This document shows, in pieces, positions 30,229 through 40,250 of a stretch of 64,000 nucleotides of DNA. Each line of letters begins with the position of its first letter. Position 1 is the first letter of the stretch. The translations under genes and the position numbers were made by a program. Source of the stretch: Candidatus Oxydemutatoraceae bacterium (lineage in GTDB: Bacteria; Pseudomonadota; Gammaproteobacteria; Poriferisulfidales; Oxydemutatoraceae). The DNA is taken from NCBI GenBank assembly GCA_965219575.1, contig OZ244779.1, positions 2,284,769-2,348,768 of the forward strand. The letters are read 5' to 3'. The notes beneath the pieces are model-generated. The model ran no database searches and was not told the origin of the DNA. It worked only from the letters and a program-made list of their open reading frames with translations.

Positions 30229-30526
30229 GAGGCTGTTGAAAAAATACTGTTCCGCAAAATTGCAACCGCTTGCACCATTGAATTTACGATAACCACCGAG
30301 TCGTAGGGGCAGACCTGTGTGTCTGCCCTTAAGTATCACTCTGCACGACACCAACCGCTTGCGCCAACAAATAATGGTTTCCATAATACTAATGGGTGAA
30401 CGCGTTAATCGTGCAAACATGATACGTTTCGGGCGGACATGCAAGTCCGCCCCTACGGCGGTTTGCAAATGTTCATGGCGCACAGCGATTGGGTTTGAGC
30501 AATGCCCATACTTTTTCAACAGCCCC
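30229..30526. mobile_element. ~298-bp MITE carrying an inverted pair of GTAG REPs (REPIN-like)
   Basis: gaggctgttgaaaaaa ... ctttttcaacagcccc; REPs at 30303..30328 and 30431..30456. Confidence 0.82.
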
Positions 30527-30559
30527 CTTCCACGACGAACCTGCCACAGGAGGGAAAGC

Positions 30560-31528
30560 CTACGATAAGGGCCAGAGGCTTCGGATTGCGGCGATGCCTT
30601 GTGCGCCGTGCATCCGGCAGTCGGCTAAATCGGCAGTTTCGAGTCCGCCGATTGCATAGACCGGTATCGTTATGTCTTTTACGAGTGTCCCGAAGGTCTC
30701 CCAACCTAAAGGCGGTTCTCCGGGATGGCTGGGTGTCGTTTTAAGCGGTCCGAGTAAAGCAAAGTCGGCTTCTAATCGGAAAGCCTGTTCAAGTTCTGCA
30801 CGATTGTGGCACGAGACGGCAAGCAGTTTGTCCTCAGGCAACGGGCGAGTGCGATATTTCGCGGCGTATTCGGCACTGAGTTGTACACCGGCAACATTCA
30901 AGATATCTACCTGGGCGGGGTGATTATGTATCAATAATTTATTGCACCATGCCGAGGACTGCGATAACAGCTTGCGCGCATACTCTATATAAGTGCGGCT
31001 ATCGAGTTCGGTGGCACGAAAGACGGCAAGCGATATACCCGATTGAAATGCCGCATTCAAACCTCGTTTTAGTATGCTCAAGTCAAGCGATGCAGGAGTT
31101 ATTAAATAGCGATCGGGCAGCGATAACGCTTTGATAATTACGCCGTTCGCCGGCGGAAAATCACCGGCTTTGAGTTCCGATACGGCTCGCCATTCCAACG
31201 ACCGGTAAAAATGAGAACCCGGCACACCCCGACAATTTTTTATCTTGTACACACTAAACAAATATCGTTGTGCGTCATAACACCATTCAAACTCAATGAG
31301 CGGTTCGGCATCGGTTTCTTTTATTACCAGCCTGAGTTCTTCTTTTAATTCTCGCGCTACGGCGCGTCTCGGTGTCTCGTTTGATTTGACCTTGCCGCCG
31401 GGAAATTCCCAACAGCCTCCTAGATGCAGTCCATTCTCTCGCCAACCGACGAGTACCCGGTTATCTCGTAAAACAACGCCCAGAGCGACTGAAATTGTCG
31501 GGGTTGTTTTAAGTGCGGTATGCGGCAT
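30560..31528 (-). CDS. mutT: Nudix (MutT) hydrolase fused to a thiamine-phosphate-synthase-like domain
   Basis: WEFPGGKV..E.P..A..RELKEE Nudix box; SCHN, TPSHPG, PVYAIGG; secA-argJ-mutT synteny. Confidence 0.88.
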   Translation of the reverse strand: MPHTALKTTPTISVALGVVLRDNRVLVGWRENGLHLGGCWEFPGGKVKSNETPRRAVARELKEELRLVIKETDAEPLIEFEWCYDAQRYLFSVYKIKNCRGVPGSHFYRSLEWRAVSELKAGDFPPANGVIIKALSLPDRYLITPASLDLSILKRGLNAAFQSGISLAVFRATELDSRTYIEYARKLLSQSSAWCNKLLIHNHPAQVDILNVAGVQLSAEYAAKYRTRPLPEDKLLAVSCHNRAELEQAFRLEADFALLGPLKTTPSHPGEPPLGWETFGTLVKDITIPVYAIGGLETADLADCRMHGAQGIAAIRSLWPLS

Positions 31529-32714
31529 TAATTCTCACATAGTCTTCGGTCAAATCCGATGTCCATATTGTTGCGCTTTCGGTGCCTCTATCAAGTGATA
31601 CGCTCAAACGGACTTCGGGCTTCTCCATAATAGCCTTTGCAATCGCTTCATCGTAATTCGGATCTATAGCACCGCGATGGAACAAACGATGATCACCCAT
31701 AAAGCAGCTCACCTTGTTTATATCCAGTGCCTCCAAGCCGCTGCGCCCTACCGCAAGAATAATCCTCCCCCAATTCGGATCGGCGGCAGCAAAAGCTGTT
31801 TTAACCAGTGGCGAGTGTGCAATCGTATAAGCGACTTGCCGCGCCTCTTCGTGAGATTGTGCTTGCTCCACATGTATTTCTATAAAATGACTTGCGCCTT
31901 CTGCGTCACGAACGATCATTTTTGCTAATTCTTGCAGGACCGCTTTCAATGTCTCGGAGAAAGCATCTTTTTCGGATACGGCTAGCGACTCCCAATCGAT
32001 GCCGCTCGCACCGGTCGCAAGCAACGCACACGAGTCATTGGTTGAGGTGTCTCCGTCAACCGTGATGCAATTAAGCGAAACTGCCAACGCATCGTGCAAT
32101 AACCGTTTCAGTGTTTTCGGGTCTGCCTTTAGATCGGTTGCAACATAAGCCAACATAGTTGCCATATCGGGACAGATCATACCCGAGCCTTTGGCAATAC
32201 CGGTGATAGAAACCGTTTCCGCACCGAGTAGTACTTCCGCGCTGAACCATTTGGCAACGGTGTCGGTGGTCATAATTGCCTGCGCAGCCGCTTCCCAATT
32301 ATCGGGTGAGAGTTTGGCAAGCAAATCGGGAACGGCAGAGACGATTTTAGATGCCGGCAACCGTTCTACCATGACGCCCGTAGAAAAAGGTAGGACTTGC
32401 TCAATATCAACGCCGCTTAAATCGGCAACACTTCGGCAACAGGCTTCGGCATCGTCCATACCTATCCGACCCATACCGGCATTGGCATTACCGGCATTGA
32501 TAAGCAAGTAACGAGGTTGTGCTACATCGAGATATGCCTCGCTCAATATCACCGGGGCAGCCTTAAATGCATTACGCGTAAAACACACTGCGGTGTCGGT
32601 TGTTTCCGACAGTTCCATCAAAACCAAATCGTCGCGTCCCGAATACCGTATTCCGGCGGCAACCGAAGCGATGCGTATGCCCTCAATGGGAACCGGTTTT
32701 TCTATCTTTTTCAT
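31509..32714 (-). CDS. argJ: Bifunctional ornithine acetyltransferase
   Basis: GIAKGSGMICPDMATML, DGDTSTND, DPNWGRI. Confidence 0.97.
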   Translation of the reverse strand: MKKIEKPVPIEGIRIASVAAGIRYSGRDDLVLMELSETTDTAVCFTRNAFKAAPVILSEAYLDVAQPRYLLINAGNANAGMGRIGMDDAEACCRSVADLSGVDIEQVLPFSTGVMVERLPASKIVSAVPDLLAKLSPDNWEAAAQAIMTTDTVAKWFSAEVLLGAETVSITGIAKGSGMICPDMATMLAYVATDLKADPKTLKRLLHDALAVSLNCITVDGDTSTNDSCALLATGASGIDWESLAVSEKDAFSETLKAVLQELAKMIVRDAEGASHFIEIHVEQAQSHEEARQVAYTIAHSPLVKTAFAAADPNWGRIILAVGRSGLEALDINKVSCFMGDHRLFHRGAIDPNYDEAIAKAIMEKPEVRLSVSLDRGTESATIWTSDLTEDYVRINAAYRT

Positions 32715-35469
32715 AACAACAATGTTTATATTTTTTGCCCGAACCGCAGTAGCACGGGTCGTTTCGCCCCAACTTTTTATGAGTGCGACGAATCGTCCGA
32801 GGTTTTAGCGATTGCATGTTTCGCAGAGTCTGCTGTGCATCTTCCGGCGGTGTGGGGACGACACCGCCGGCTACACCGGGCATTAGTGTAGCAGCATTTG
32901 CATCGGGTTGCATCATGGTCGGCGGCAAATCGCTCCCCGATTGTCGGTGCTGATAATTTATCGCATCCTCGTTAAGCGGTTGCGCCGGTCTTAACTCCGG
33001 TGCTTTGTTCAATCTCATCAGACTCGACGCAAGTTTGTGGCGGATGGTATTCAACATCAGTTGGAACATCGCAAACGCTTCTCGTTTATATTCTTGTTTA
33101 GGGTTTTTTTGCGCAAAACTGCGCAAGCCGATGCCTTGACGCAGATGATCCATATTAGCCAGGTGTTCTTTCCAGTAATTATCCAAAACACGCATCATCA
33201 AAATCACTTCTATTTTGTATAGCATTTCCGCACCGAAAACAGTCTCTTTTTCTTTATAGGTTTTGAGCATGGTATCGCATACTTTTTCACGTACCGCAGT
33301 CGTTGAGATATCGGACTCGGAAGATGCCGAGGCTTCGAATTTCAACTCCAAGCCGAACTCTTCGGACAGATTTTTTTCGAGTGCTTTGATATCCCATTGT
33401 TCCTCCAGCTGTCCTTCGGGAACATACTCGTCAACTACGGCTTCGCCGACCTCGCTCAATATATCCAGAATCTGTTCGTGCACTTGCTCGGTTTCCATCA
33501 GCTCGTTCCTCTGCTTATAAATCACCTGCCGCTGCTCGTTTGCGACATTGTCGTATTCGAGCAAGTTTTTTCTAATATCGAAGTTATGCGACTCAACTTT
33601 GCGTTGCGCATTTTCTATCGCTCTGTTCATCCACGGATGTTCTATCGCTTCGCCTGCCTGCATTCCCAATTTTTCTATCAACGACTGCACTTTGTCACCG
33701 GCAAAAATACGCAAGAGGCTATCGTCCAAAGATAGATAAAAGCGGCTCGAACCGGGATCGCCTTGCCGCCCCGAGCGACCTCGCAGCTGGTTGTCTACCC
33801 GTCTGGACTCATGCCTTTCGGTGCCGATGACCCGCAAGCCGCCCGCTTCTATTACCTGTCGGTGGCGTTGTTGCCAATCCTCGCGCATCGCGTCGTGTTT
33901 GCTTTCGTCGGCTTTCTCCAGTTCGGTATCGAGCGAACCACCCAGCACGATGTCGGTACCACGACCTGCCATATTCGTTGCAATAGTCACGGCACCGGGA
34001 CGACCCGCTTGGGCGATGATTTTAGATTCGGCTTCGTGATGCTTGGCGTTGAGGACTTGGTGCTTGATTTTTGCTTTGCTCAGCGTCTTTGAAAGATACT
34101 CGGAGACCGCAATCGAAGCGGTTCCGATCAATGTCGGTTGCCCGACTTCAAAACTCGTTCTTACATCTTCGAGTATGGCTTCGAATTTCTCCTGCTCGGA
34201 CATATAAACCGCATCGGGTTCATCTTCACGAACCATCGGTACATGGGTCGGGATAACGACGACTTCCAAACCGTAGATATCCTGAAATTCGGAGGCTTCG
34301 GTATCGGCGGTGCCGGTCATGCCGCTTAATTTTGCGTACAAGCGAAAATAGTTTTGGAAAGTGATAGATGCAAGCGTTTGATTTTCGTTTTCCACACGCA
34401 CACCTTCTTTTGCCTCCACCGCTTGGTGCAAACCGTCGGACCAACGCCGGCCGGTCATGACTCGTCCGGTAAACTCGTCGACGATTAAGACTTTGCCGTT
34501 GCGCACTAAGTAATCCACATTTTTCTTAAACAAGCCGTGCGCCCTGAGCGAGGCACTTACATGGTGTAATAAATTGACATTATTGAGGTCGTAAAGACTC
34601 TCGTTTTCTTTTAGCAACCCCTCCCCAAGCAACGCTCCTTCGATACGCTGATGTCCCGCTTCGGTCAATAACGCGGCACGCGATTTCTCGTCTATCGTAT
34701 AGTCGTCCGTCTCGCTATCGTCGGTGCACGGTTTAAGACGGCTCACCAACTTATCTATCTTATAATAAATATCGGAACTTCCCTCGGTAGGACCGGAGAT
34801 GATCAACGGCGTGCGTGCCTCGTCGATCAAAATAGAATCGACCTCGTCTACGATTGCAAAATAATGTCCCCGCTGTACCCTTTGCGAAGCCTCGTAGACC
34901 ATGTTGTCTCGTAGATAATCAAAACCGAACTCGTTATTGGTGCCATAAGTAATATCGGCTTTATAAGCGGCAATCCGCTCTTCGGGTTTCTGTCCGGCAA
35001 CGACAACCCCGACGCTCAGACCCAATTTTCTATAAATGGCACCCATCCATTCGGAGTCTCTACGCGCCAAGTAATCGTTGACTGTCACGATATGCACGCT
35101 TTGCCCGGTCAGTGCATTCAAATACGCCGCCAAGGGCGCAACGAAAGTTTTGCCTTCGCCGGTGCGCATCTCGGCAATTTTACCGTCGTGCAGAACCATA
35201 CCACCGATTAACTGCACATCGAAGTGCCGCATATTCAGTTCGCGCGACGCCGCCTCTTTAACCGTGGCAAAAGCCTCCGGCAATAAGCTGTTTAGGCTTT
35301 GTCCTTGTGCTAGACGCGCTTTGAATTGATCTTTTTTAGAGAGTAGTTCGGCATCGCTTATACCTTTGTATTGATCTTCCAGAGCGTTGATAGCCTGAAC
35401 GACCTTTCGGTATTTTTTTAGTAGCCGCTCGTTCTTGGACGAAACGAGTTTGTTAATAAGTTTGAGCAT
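32683..35469 (-). CDS. secA: Preprotein translocase ATPase
   Basis: MRTGEGKT, DEVDSILIDEARTPLIISG, C-terminal SEC-C motif. Confidence 0.99.
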   Translation of the reverse strand: MLKLINKLVSSKNERLLKKYRKVVQAINALEDQYKGISDAELLSKKDQFKARLAQGQSLNSLLPEAFATVKEAASRELNMRHFDVQLIGGMVLHDGKIAEMRTGEGKTFVAPLAAYLNALTGQSVHIVTVNDYLARRDSEWMGAIYRKLGLSVGVVVAGQKPEERIAAYKADITYGTNNEFGFDYLRDNMVYEASQRVQRGHYFAIVDEVDSILIDEARTPLIISGPTEGSSDIYYKIDKLVSRLKPCTDDSETDDYTIDEKSRAALLTEAGHQRIEGALLGEGLLKENESLYDLNNVNLLHHVSASLRAHGLFKKNVDYLVRNGKVLIVDEFTGRVMTGRRWSDGLHQAVEAKEGVRVENENQTLASITFQNYFRLYAKLSGMTGTADTEASEFQDIYGLEVVVIPTHVPMVREDEPDAVYMSEQEKFEAILEDVRTSFEVGQPTLIGTASIAVSEYLSKTLSKAKIKHQVLNAKHHEAESKIIAQAGRPGAVTIATNMAGRGTDIVLGGSLDTELEKADESKHDAMREDWQQRHRQVIEAGGLRVIGTERHESRRVDNQLRGRSGRQGDPGSSRFYLSLDDSLLRIFAGDKVQSLIEKLGMQAGEAIEHPWMNRAIENAQRKVESHNFDIRKNLLEYDNVANEQRQVIYKQRNELMETEQVHEQILDILSEVGEAVVDEYVPEGQLEEQWDIKALEKNLSEEFGLELKFEASASSESDISTTAVREKVCDTMLKTYKEKETVFGAEMLYKIEVILMMRVLDNYWKEHLANMDHLRQGIGLRSFAQKNPKQEYKREAFAMFQLMLNTIRHKLASSLMRLNKAPELRPAQPLNEDAINYQHRQSGSDLPPTMMQPDANAATLMPGVAGGVVPTPPEDAQQTLRNMQSLKPRTIRRTHKKLGRNDPCYCGSGKKYKHCCYEKDRKTGSH

Positions 35470-35565
35470 AAAGGAAACCTATTTCATTTATTTTTGATAC
35501 CTTGAACGATATTACGCATAATAAACATTCTACAGTAAATTTAATGGTTGACTTATGGTGGAACA

Positions 35566-35856
35566 ATGAAAAAACTCGGAGATTTAATCAGTCCTAACTT
35601 GATACGAAAAGCACGGCTACTCGAGATTATGAGCGAGAGCGCGCGTACTCGATTACCCGGAGAAATAGCACCGCATTGCTGGGTCGGCGGATTTGAGAAA
35701 GACCATATCGTTTTGGTTACCGACTATCCTCATTATGCTACTTATATACGTTGTCATCAGCGCGAGATATTAAAACAACTCAAAGGGGAATTTCGGACTC
35801 ATTTACCCGAGAGCGTTAGAAAAGTCCGTATCAGAGTTTCAAGGATATTATCGTAA
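35566..35856 (+). CDS. DUF721/DciA-family protein
   Basis: Small basic ORF on the opposite strand between lpxC and secA, the conserved position for this family. Confidence 0.7.
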   Translation: MKKLGDLISPNLIRKARLLEIMSESARTRLPGEIAPHCWVGGFEKDHIVLVTDYPHYATYIRCHQREILKQLKGEFRTHLPESVRKVRIRVSRILS

Positions 35857-35902
35857 ATTGAACGCCCTTTGAATGACCGGTGTCTAAACGACTATCACGC
35901 CG

Positions 35903-36820
35903 TCAGGTATAGTCTTCGGCTAAAGGATAAATGATGGGCAAGACGGCGGTGTCGGAATCCTCTAATAGATTCTCTTCCCACGCCTCGACATCTTCGAGCA
36001 GCTTGATGAGTAAGCGGTTATTCAGTTCGTGTCCGGATTTATGACATTCGCAACAGCCCACCAAGCCGTGTCCGAGTAAATACAAATCTCCGACGACATC
36101 GAGCACCTTATGCTTGACACATTCGTCTTCCGAACGCAGACCGTCTTCGTTCATGACACGGTGTTCGTCGATCACGATAGCATTTTCCAAACTCCCCCCC
36201 AGCACCAGTCCACGCTCGCGCAACTTCTCGTAATCTTTGAGGAAACCGAAGGTTCTGGCACGGCTCACACTGGCTACAAAAGAGGTTGTATTGAAGTCTA
36301 TTTCAACCCGTTGCTGGCGATCCTCGAACACCGGATGGTCAAAATCAATCGTGAAAGCAACCTTGAATCCGTCATAAGGCTTCAGGCAAATCCACTTGTC
36401 GCCATCTTCTATTTTGATTTCCTTTTTGATGCGTATAGATTTCTTGGGTGAATTTTGCTCGGCTATGCCGCCCGATTGCAACAAGAATACGAAAGAGCAC
36501 GCACTACCATCCATAATCGGCACTTCGGGTGCATCTACATCTATATATAAATTATCAATGCCCAAGCCGGCAATCGCAGCGAGTAAATGTTCAACCGTAG
36601 AAATATGTACGCCGTCGATGCCTAAGGTCGTCGATAGTCGTGTGTCCGTTACATAGCGCGCCTGAGCGGGTATTTCCACCGGCTTTTTTAGGTCTACGCG
36701 ACGAAATACGATACCTGTGTTAGCCGCTGCCGACCGCAACGATAATTTTATTTTCTTGCCGGTGTGCAACCCAATGCCCACCGCTTCAATTGAATTTTTT
36801 AGCGTTCTTTGTTTAATCAA
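35903..36820 (-). CDS. lpxC: UDP-3-O-acyl-GlcNAc deacetylase
   Basis: QRTLK, TVEHLL, EVPIMDGS, HKVLD. Confidence 0.98.
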   Translation of the reverse strand: MIKQRTLKNSIEAVGIGLHTGKKIKLSLRSAAANTGIVFRRVDLKKPVEIPAQARYVTDTRLSTTLGIDGVHISTVEHLLAAIAGLGIDNLYIDVDAPEVPIMDGSACSFVFLLQSGGIAEQNSPKKSIRIKKEIKIEDGDKWICLKPYDGFKVAFTIDFDHPVFEDRQQRVEIDFNTTSFVASVSRARTFGFLKDYEKLRERGLVLGGSLENAIVIDEHRVMNEDGLRSEDECVKHKVLDVVGDLYLLGHGLVGCCECHKSGHELNNRLLIKLLEDVEAWEENLLEDSDTAVLPIIYPLAEDYT

Positions 36821-36953
36821 AAGAGGTTCCTTTTTATTGTAGCTATCCGATAATTATCCATTACTTAAATTAGAATGGTTATAAATGATACCATAAATTA
36901 TTGCCAAAACAAAGAAAAAAATCGGTGCCTCAAGTTCTCACTCCGATAATTTC

Positions 36954-37709
36954 TTATACCTTCGCTCCTAAAACAATACCTTTTTGGCGTAAGTCATGGA
37001 ATATTTGGGGGGCACTTTCTAAAGCTAAGCCTATATTATCGGGGCAATGTTGTTTTGCGACAGCGATAACGGCATCTCGCCCGCTACTGTCGGTGTGTTC
37101 GGACAAATAATCCAATAAAAGCACCGTTATGGCATTTAACAGCATATAGCGAACTTTATAGTTCGAGTCTCGGCAAACCGCTAGCCGGTATATTTCGGAA
37201 CCATGCTCGGCAGGTCTATAGTCGGGGCTGATACGATGTACCGGCCATCGATAATCGTACCATCGAGCCAATGCCGATAATATCGGTCGTCCTTCGATTA
37301 AATCGCCGTTTGAGTCTACCGTAGACATGTCGGTGCTATCTTCGGCAAATGTCACTACGATTTCCACATGTTCATAATGTGCTAATTCATACAAATACGG
37401 AGGGTCGCATCGGCGCAGCGTATGCTCATTTTCTAAATAAAGAAGAAACTCTTTCGCGATATCCATGAAATAAGGTGAATGACACCGATGATGTGCATAA
37501 AAAATACGCACCAATGTATCCCAATCGTCCTCCTTATAAAGGCTTTTCAATACCGGAAAACCGCGAGAGATAAAACCCGATATATTTCTGAAAAACAGCT
37601 GTCTGTAGATGTCCAGACGACGGTCTTCCACCCCTTCGGGAGGCGGGTGGTGTTCGGGGTCTCGTAAATGATCTGCCAGTTGACGCTGCACTTGTTTGAA
37701 GTCAATCAT
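36954..37709 (-). CDS. DUF2063 (HvfC/BufC-like) MNIO partner protein
   Basis: HLRDP...RRLDIYRQLFFRN, ELAHYE; downstream of DUF692. Confidence 0.85.
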   Translation of the reverse strand: MIDFKQVQRQLADHLRDPEHHPPPEGVEDRRLDIYRQLFFRNISGFISRGFPVLKSLYKEDDWDTLVRIFYAHHRCHSPYFMDIAKEFLLYLENEHTLRRCDPPYLYELAHYEHVEIVVTFAEDSTDMSTVDSNGDLIEGRPILSALARWYDYRWPVHRISPDYRPAEHGSEIYRLAVCRDSNYKVRYMLLNAITVLLLDYLSEHTDSSGRDAVIAVAKQHCPDNIGLALESAPQIFHDLRQKGIVLGAKV

Positions 37710-37720
37710 TGTTAGTCTTA

Positions 37721-38090
37721 AACCACCCCGTCAGGCTACGCCTGCCACCCTAAGGGCGGACATGCCGTAGGGCGGACTTATATGTCTGCCCTTAACTAAC
37801 GTCCGGCACAAACCCAACCGCTTGCGCCACCAAATGATAGTTTCCATAATATTAATGGGTGAACGCGTCAATCGTGCAAACATGATATATTTCGGGCAGA
37901 CATGCCGTAGGGGCGGACTTATATGTCCGCCTGCCCCTACACATGTCGTCTACATTGTGGTTTTGCACGACTGTAACCGCTTGCGCCGTATGGTTTTGGT
38001 TTCCATAAATTGGATGAATGAATGTATAAATCGTGCAAGCGTAACGCGTGACGGGCGGACATGCAAGTCCGCCCCTACAAAGAGGGGAAT
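37721..38090. repeat. R2 whose second hairpin is split by a ~330-bp array of R1 REPs and spacers
   Basis: aaccaccccgtcaggctacgcctgccaccct ... aaagaggggaat brackets several gggcggac/gtccgccc units and both conserved spacer types. Confidence 0.82.
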
Positions 38091-38914
38091 GGCCCACCGC
38101 TTTGTATCGTGCGAATATGTGCCACTTCCGAGAGCAGGCTATCAAATTCGGGAAAGTTGAAATCACGCTCGAGTAAGGTAGGGATAACACCGAACAGCTT
38201 ATAAGTCTCACCCAATAGACTCCAAACATTCTCTATCACATCGGCACCGTGCGTATCGACGATCAGATCGGAAGCTTCGTTGTAATGCCCGGCGATGTGG
38301 CAGTAGGCAATACGCTCGGCAGGCAGTTCCTGCAGATATTGCTTGGGGTCGAATTCGAAATTGACCGAATTGACATACACATTGTTGACATCCAACAATA
38401 ACCGGCAATCGGATTTCTCCAATACCCGATTTATAAAATCGGTCTCGCTCATCATCTTGGCAGGTGCTATATAGGCGGAAACATTTTCTACTGCGATGCG
38501 TTGCCCGAGAAAATCCTGAACCTCGCAGATACGGTCGGCAACATAATCGGCTGCCTCGGGAGTAAACGGAATGGGCATCAAGTCATAGAGATGACCTTCG
38601 TCGGAACAATAACTCAAATGTTCGCTATAACAACATACCGAGTATCGCTCTAAGAAGTCCTTGACTTGCTTGAGAAACTTTTTGTCGAGCGGGTCGGGGC
38701 TACCTAGAGATAACGATAAGCCATGACAAACTAAAGGATACCGCTCGGCTATATACTCGAATTTCTCTTTGATTCGCCCGCCTATGCCGATCCAGTTTTC
38801 CGGCGCAGTCTCAAGAAAATCGATTGCCCCGGCATCGCTATTGTTGATTTCCTTAATGAGACTTCTACGCAGTCCCAATCCGGCACCGGAAACCGAACAC
38901 GAAGCGGCTGCCAT
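38075..38914 (-). CDS. DUF692 multinuclear non-heme iron oxidase (HvfB/BufB-like)
   Basis: GLGLRR, APENW, HGLSLSLG, SEHLSYC, LLDVNNVYVN, HIAGH, DTHG, LLERD. Confidence 0.93.
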   Translation of the reverse strand: MAAASCSVSGAGLGLRRSLIKEINNSDAGAIDFLETAPENWIGIGGRIKEKFEYIAERYPLVCHGLSLSLGSPDPLDKKFLKQVKDFLERYSVCCYSEHLSYCSDEGHLYDLMPIPFTPEAADYVADRICEVQDFLGQRIAVENVSAYIAPAKMMSETDFINRVLEKSDCRLLLDVNNVYVNSVNFEFDPKQYLQELPAERIAYCHIAGHYNEASDLIVDTHGADVIENVWSLLGETYKLFGVIPTLLERDFNFPEFDSLLSEVAHIRTIQSGGPFPSL

Positions 38915-38917
38915 CTC

Positions 38918-39364
38918 TTATTTACGCATACGCGCAATAATATGATCTATGCTCAGCTTTCCCGGACCACTGAAAAATAAAACCAGCAATATAATCAAAT
39001 AGATTAGCGGCAACTTATAACCGTTATCGCAAACGTTATAACCATTGCCCGCGTGCACACTGTACCAAGCGACTATATCCAGTATGATTAAAGTGAAAAC
39101 CCAAAAACGCGTAGCCAGACCGATGGCTATAGCTATCGCGCCCAAGACTTCCGACCATGTTGCCAGAAACCAGCTGATACTGGTAGGTATCACGTTAAAC
39201 GGAAACGGAAAATCATCGACGATGTTGTCAAACCAATTAGTTCCACCCAGTTTCTTTTGTCCTGCTCCCCAAAACTCCCAAGCAATAAATAAGCGCAGAA
39301 GCAACATTGAGAGAAAATCACCGATAGTGGAAAGTTTTGCATATAAATTATCTATAGCATTCAT
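38918..39364 (-). CDS. DoxX-family membrane protein (HvfX-like)
   Basis: LRLFIAWEFW..G.KK..G.NWF..FPFPF, GPGKLSID. Confidence 0.88.
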   Translation of the reverse strand: MNAIDNLYAKLSTIGDFLSMLLLRLFIAWEFWGAGQKKLGGTNWFDNIVDDFPFPFNVIPTSISWFLATWSEVLGAIAIAIGLATRFWVFTLIILDIVAWYSVHAGNGYNVCDNGYKLPLIYLIILLVLFFSGPGKLSIDHIIARMRK

Positions 39365-39455
39365 GTATCTATTCCTTAGGTTGTAAAAATTATGATTTTA
39401 TTATCTCACATTTTAAGCGTATCTCGGTTTCTTATAAAGTATATAGTATAAAATA

Positions 39456-40250
39456 ATGGTGATTAACTCCATAGTATTGAGGAAAATGTTGCTAGCCGAA
39501 GCGTATCACCGACTTGAAAACCGCTATATTTTGTATGATTACCGGTTTCCTATAACTGCCGAGTGGTTTGACCGTGACCAATTATCACGGATAGCCGAAC
39601 TCTGCGGTGAGAGCGAAGGCGGTCGCACCAAATCAATTTTTTTTAAGATCGACGGACGAGAATACATGCTCAAACATTATCACCGAGGCGGAATAGCGAC
39701 GCGCTGGCTCAAAGATCATTATTTATATAGAGGGCATCGTAAAGTCCGTGTGTTTAGAGAATGGCGGTTAATGCACCAGATGCAACGATGGCATTTACCG
39801 GTGCCTACACCGTGTGCGGCATCTTACACCTCTAAACTGATGCTTTACACCGCAGATATGATTTTCGGTAGTTGCAGACCGGCTAAACCGATATCGTCTT
39901 TGTTATGCAAACAAAATATCCAAGAAGCGCACTGGCGGTTAATCGGTAAAACGATACGACGCTTTCACAATAAAAATGTTTTCCACGCCGACTTGAATGC
40001 TCACAACATTTTGTTGTTGCCCGAAAAAGACCAAGTTTTTTTGGTAGACTTCGATCGTAGCTTTATATGTAAAAAAAGAAATGCATGGCAACAAGCCAAC
40101 CTCAACCGCCTGAAACATTCATTAAAAAAGCTACATAAAAAGCATCGCGGTATTTTCCACTATAACAAGGATAATTTTTCGGCTTTGGTCGAGGGCTATC
40201 ACGAAAACGCTTATTCTCCCGTATTCCCTCGCATCAACGGCGGAGGTTGA
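39456..40250 (+). CDS. kdkA: Kdo kinase
   Basis: LKHYHRGG, HADLNAHNIL, DFDR, NLNRL; adjacent to waaA; start may be 39486. Confidence 0.92.
   Translation: MVINSIVLRKMLLAEAYHRLENRYILYDYRFPITAEWFDRDQLSRIAELCGESEGGRTKSIFFKIDGREYMLKHYHRGGIATRWLKDHYLYRGHRKVRVFREWRLMHQMQRWHLPVPTPCAASYTSKLMLYTADMIFGSCRPAKPISSLLCKQNIQEAHWRLIGKTIRRFHNKNVFHADLNAHNILLLPEKDQVFLVDFDRSFICKKRNAWQQANLNRLKHSLKKLHKKHRGIFHYNKDNFSALVEGYHENAYSPVFPRINGGG

Noticed and set aside
35511-35538. dif-like site (ATTACGCATAA followed by a 6-bp spacer)
   Set aside because: Only the XerC-like arm fits; the XerD arm matches TTATGTTAAAT at 4/11
37721-38090. Possible CRISPR array (several palindromic repeats with spacers)
   Set aside because: Irregular spacing, mixed orientation, spacers repeated elsewhere in the window, and no cas genes
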